DNA of 64,000 nucleotides, taken from Mobula hypostoma (taxonomy: Eukaryota). Below the pieces are notes generated by a model. The model had not been told where the DNA came from and searched no databases. It saw nothing but the letters and a program-made list of their open reading frames with translations. Every line of letters begins with the position of its first letter. Position 1 is the first letter of the stretch. Shown in pieces: positions 60,820 through 64,000 of the stretch. The position numbers were made by a program, and so were the translations under genes. The stretch spans positions 44,952,001-45,016,000 of the forward strand of contig NC_086097.1 in the NCBI RefSeq assembly GCF_963921235.1. The letters run 5' to 3'.

Positions 60820-63347
60820 TGTACTCAATAAATTGATTTATGAAAGCAAATGTACCAAAAGCTTTCTTTATTATTCTATCTACCTGTGACACCACTTTCA
60901 ATGAATTATGGACCTGTATTCCTATATCCCTTTGTTCTGCCACATGCCTCAGTGCCCTAGAGTTCACTGTGTAATACCTAACCTCATTGATCCTACCGAA
61001 GTGCAAAGCCTCACACTTGTCTGAATTAAATTCCATCTGCCATTTTTCAGTCAATTTTTTCAGCTGATGCAGAACCCTCTGGAAGCCATGATAGCGTTCC
61101 TCACTGTCCACTACACCCTCAATCTTGTGTCATCCGCAAATCTGCTGATCCAGTTAACCACATTATCATCCAGATCATTGACATAGATGCCAAACCCACT
61201 GGCCTACAATTTCCTGGTTTATATTTAGAGCCTTTTTAAAACATCAGAACAACATTGGCTATCCTCCAATTCTCTGGTAGTTCCCTTGTTGCTAAGGATG
61301 ATTTAAATATCTCTGCCAGGGCCCTGGAAATTTCTGCACTTGCCTCCCATATGATCTGAGGGAACACCTTGTCAGGCTCTGGGGATTTATCCACCCTGAT
61401 TTGCCTCAGGGTAGCAAACACCTCCTCCTGTGTATCCTAGGGTCCATTAAGTTGATGCTGCTTTGCCTCCCTCTGTGCCTGTCTCCTGAGTAAATGCAGA
61501 TGCAAAGAAATCATTTACTGTAAGATCTCCCCCATCTGTTTGGCTCCACAAATGGATTCTCATTCTGATCTTCCAGAGGACCAAATTTGTCCCTTACAAT
61601 CCATTTGCTCTTAATTTATCTGTAGGATTAACCTACCTTAGGATTCTCCTTCACCTTGTCTGCTACAGCAACTTCACACTTCCTTTTAGCCTTCCTAAAT
61701 TCTTTCTTAAGAATTATCTTGCATTTCCTATACTCCATAAGCACCTCATTTCTTCCTACTTGCCTATACCTGTTTTGCACCTCCTTTTTTCTCTTAACCA
61801 GGGCCTCAACATCTCATGAAAACCAAGGTTCCCTACACTTATTATTTTTACCTTTTATTCTGACAGGCACATACAAGCATTGTACCCTCAAAATTTCATT
61901 TTAGAGGGCCCCCCCACTTACCAAGAACAACTTTGCCATTGCCAGAAAACAGCCTGTCCAAATCCACACTTGCCAGATCATTTCTGACACCATCAAAATT
62001 GGCCTTTCTCCAATTTAGTATCTCAACCCACAGACCAGACCTACCTTTTTGCATATTTACTTTGAAACTAATGGCATTGTTGCCAGTGGATGCAAAGTGT
62101 TCCCTTACGCAAACTTCTGACATCTACCCTGTCATCTGACAAACTGTCAACCATCTTACCAACATCCGCCTCCACAACCTCTCCACTAACCGTTCTGGCA
62201 CTCTGGTTCCCATTCCCCTGCAACTTTAGTTTAAACCCCACCATGCAGCATTAGGAATTTAGTCCCGCTCCAGCTCAGGTGTAAACCATCCCTTTTGTAG
62301 AGGTCCCACCTTCCCTGGAAGAGAGCCCAGTGATCTAAAAATCTTATACTCTTCCTCCTATACCAACCCCTTAACCACGTGTTGAACAGCATAATCTTCT
62401 GAGTTCTGGCCTCACTAACACATGGCACGGGTAGCAATTCTGAGATCACAACACTGGAGGTCCCACTCTTTAACTTAGCACCTAACTCCCTGAACTCCCT
62501 CTGCAGAACCTCATCATTCATCCTACCCATGTCATTGGTACCTAGGTGGACCACGACATCTGGCTGTTCACCCTCCTACTTATGAATGCTGAGGACTCAA
62601 TCCGAGATGATCCGGACCCTGGCACCTGGAAGGCAACATACCATCTGGGAATCTCTTTCTCACCTAAAGAACCTCCTGTCCATTCCCATAACTAACGAAT
62701 CCCTTATCACCCCCCCATAGTGCGCCTCTTCTGCCCCCTTCCCTTCTAAGTCACAGAGGCAGACTCAGTGCCAGAGACCTGACCACGGTGACTTCCCCCT
62801 GTTAGGTCATTTCCCCGCCCCACACCCCCACAACAGTATCCAAAGTGTTGTTGAGGGGGATGGCCACAGGTGTACTCTGCACTGGCTCCTTAACCACTTT
62901 CACCTTCCTGACTGTCAACCAGTTTCCTGTGTCCTGCACCTTGGGTGTTACTACTTTTCTATATGTCCTATCTATCACCCCTTATGCCTCCTGAATGATC
63001 TGGAGTTCATCCAGTTTCAGCTCCATCTCCTTAACATGCACTGTTAGAAGCTGCGGCTGGATGCACTGCTTGAAGTTGTAGTCATCAGGGACACTGGAGG
63101 TCTCCCTGCCTTCCCATATCCTGCAAGAGCAGCATTCCACTATCCTGCCTGGCATCTCTACTGTCCTAACTAAGCAGTGTAATGAAGGGAAGGGAAACAA
63201 TTTTACCTACTGCTTTTCTTTTTTTGCCTTCTCTGAAGCTTCGAAGACCTAAAGCCTTACCACTCTAACTCTGTCCACTCAGACTATGGCCGCTGCGCTT
63301 GCTCCGCTTTACTTTAAATTGCTCTTGTTAATCAATCCCAAACGCAA

Positions 63348-63589
63348 CTGGTCACTGGTCAGAGCTCAAGTAAGCTGCCGTGATCTGCTGCTGTCTTTTT
63401 CTACTCGGGCAATAGACCGGAGTGAAATCCCCTCCGTGCAAACTTCTGATGTCCAGACTGATTACTGGTCAGAGCTCAAATGAGCTACCACAATCCACCG
63501 GTGTCTTTATCTACTTGGGCAGTGGACCTGAGTGAAATCCCCTCCTCACAAACTTCTGATGTTCGGATTGGTCACTGGTCAGCACTCAA
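63348..63589. repeat. 110-bp tandem repeat (2.2 units) at the CR1 5' end
   Basis: ctggtcactggtcagagctcaa-like starts at 63348, 63458 and 63568; gagtgaaatcccctcc..caaacttctgatgt in both full units. Confidence 0.85.
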
Positions 63590-64000
63590 AAATTAAACCT
63601 TTCTTATGCAAAATCACTCTTTTTAAGTTTAAAAACTGGCACCCTTAAAATTGTAAAAAGGATGTGAAATAACATGCAGTTCTGCCATTGTAGTTGTCTG
63701 CATACAAGTGGTTAAAATCATAATGGTTTTGCATGTCCTCTGGCCAAATACTTATTAGGTAGTTCACAAACTCCATGCTACACATACATCAGATTTCAAT
63801 GCAGCAGAAGCTGAAATCTATCAAAAAGGAGTATGGAACTTTACATGCAAAAATTATTTCTGCAGGCCAACTATTTTCTGCTGATGATTAAAAAAAATTT
63901 ATGAAAACTTGTGCAGTATATTACTGATGGTTCTCAGTATGAACTGTAATTTGATTACAAAAATCAATACACTGAGTATTTAAAAGGAAGTTTATGAGAC

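Larger units (their letters stand above)
59229..63590 (-). mobile_element. CR1 LINE spanning 5' UTR, ORF1 (Zn-finger + esterase), internally deleted ORF2 and tail; interrupted by Penelope
   Basis: ECCSCRIWE..DDYNFKQCIQ (ORF1 N-terminus), VHLGTND..FLDHWALFQGRWDLYKRDGLHL, DKSPEPD, RGDLIEVYK; deletions near 61195 and 62135; same subfamily as 634-5027. Confidence 0.92.

Noticed and set aside
63348..63589. CRISPR-like or prokaryotic repeat array
   Set aside because: Whole 110-bp units are duplicated with no unique spacers, no cas genes, and the context is vertebrate

Overview
Eukaryotic, repeat-saturated non-coding DNA, intronic or intergenic. The repeat mix (CR1 LINEs with esterase ORF1, Penelope/Poseidon-type GIY-YIG retroelements, Rex1, V-SINE, Tc1, Tigger) points to a cartilaginous fish, probably a ray; that assignment is an inference. 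No host protein-coding gene could be recognised. Much of the window, roughly two thirds by eye, is mobile-element derived: several multi-kb CR1 copies, about nine Penelope insertions, a near-complete Tc1 (DD34E) nested in a deleted Tigger, a four-level Tc1>Rex1>Rex1>CR1 nest, several tRNA-derived SINE families and a probable solo LTR. The most interesting system is the Penelope family. Its terminal repeats carry minimal hammerhead ribozyme motifs. One insertion is a 1.35-kb TSD-flanked palindrome whose two arms come from different sequence variants. Several insertions pair a tailed arm with a tail-less inverted arm, which suggests integration from two templates at the two nicks. One 2.3-kb copy keeps a ~636-codon RT+GIY-YIG frame with a single stop. 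All family names come from motif recognition by eye, not database searches.
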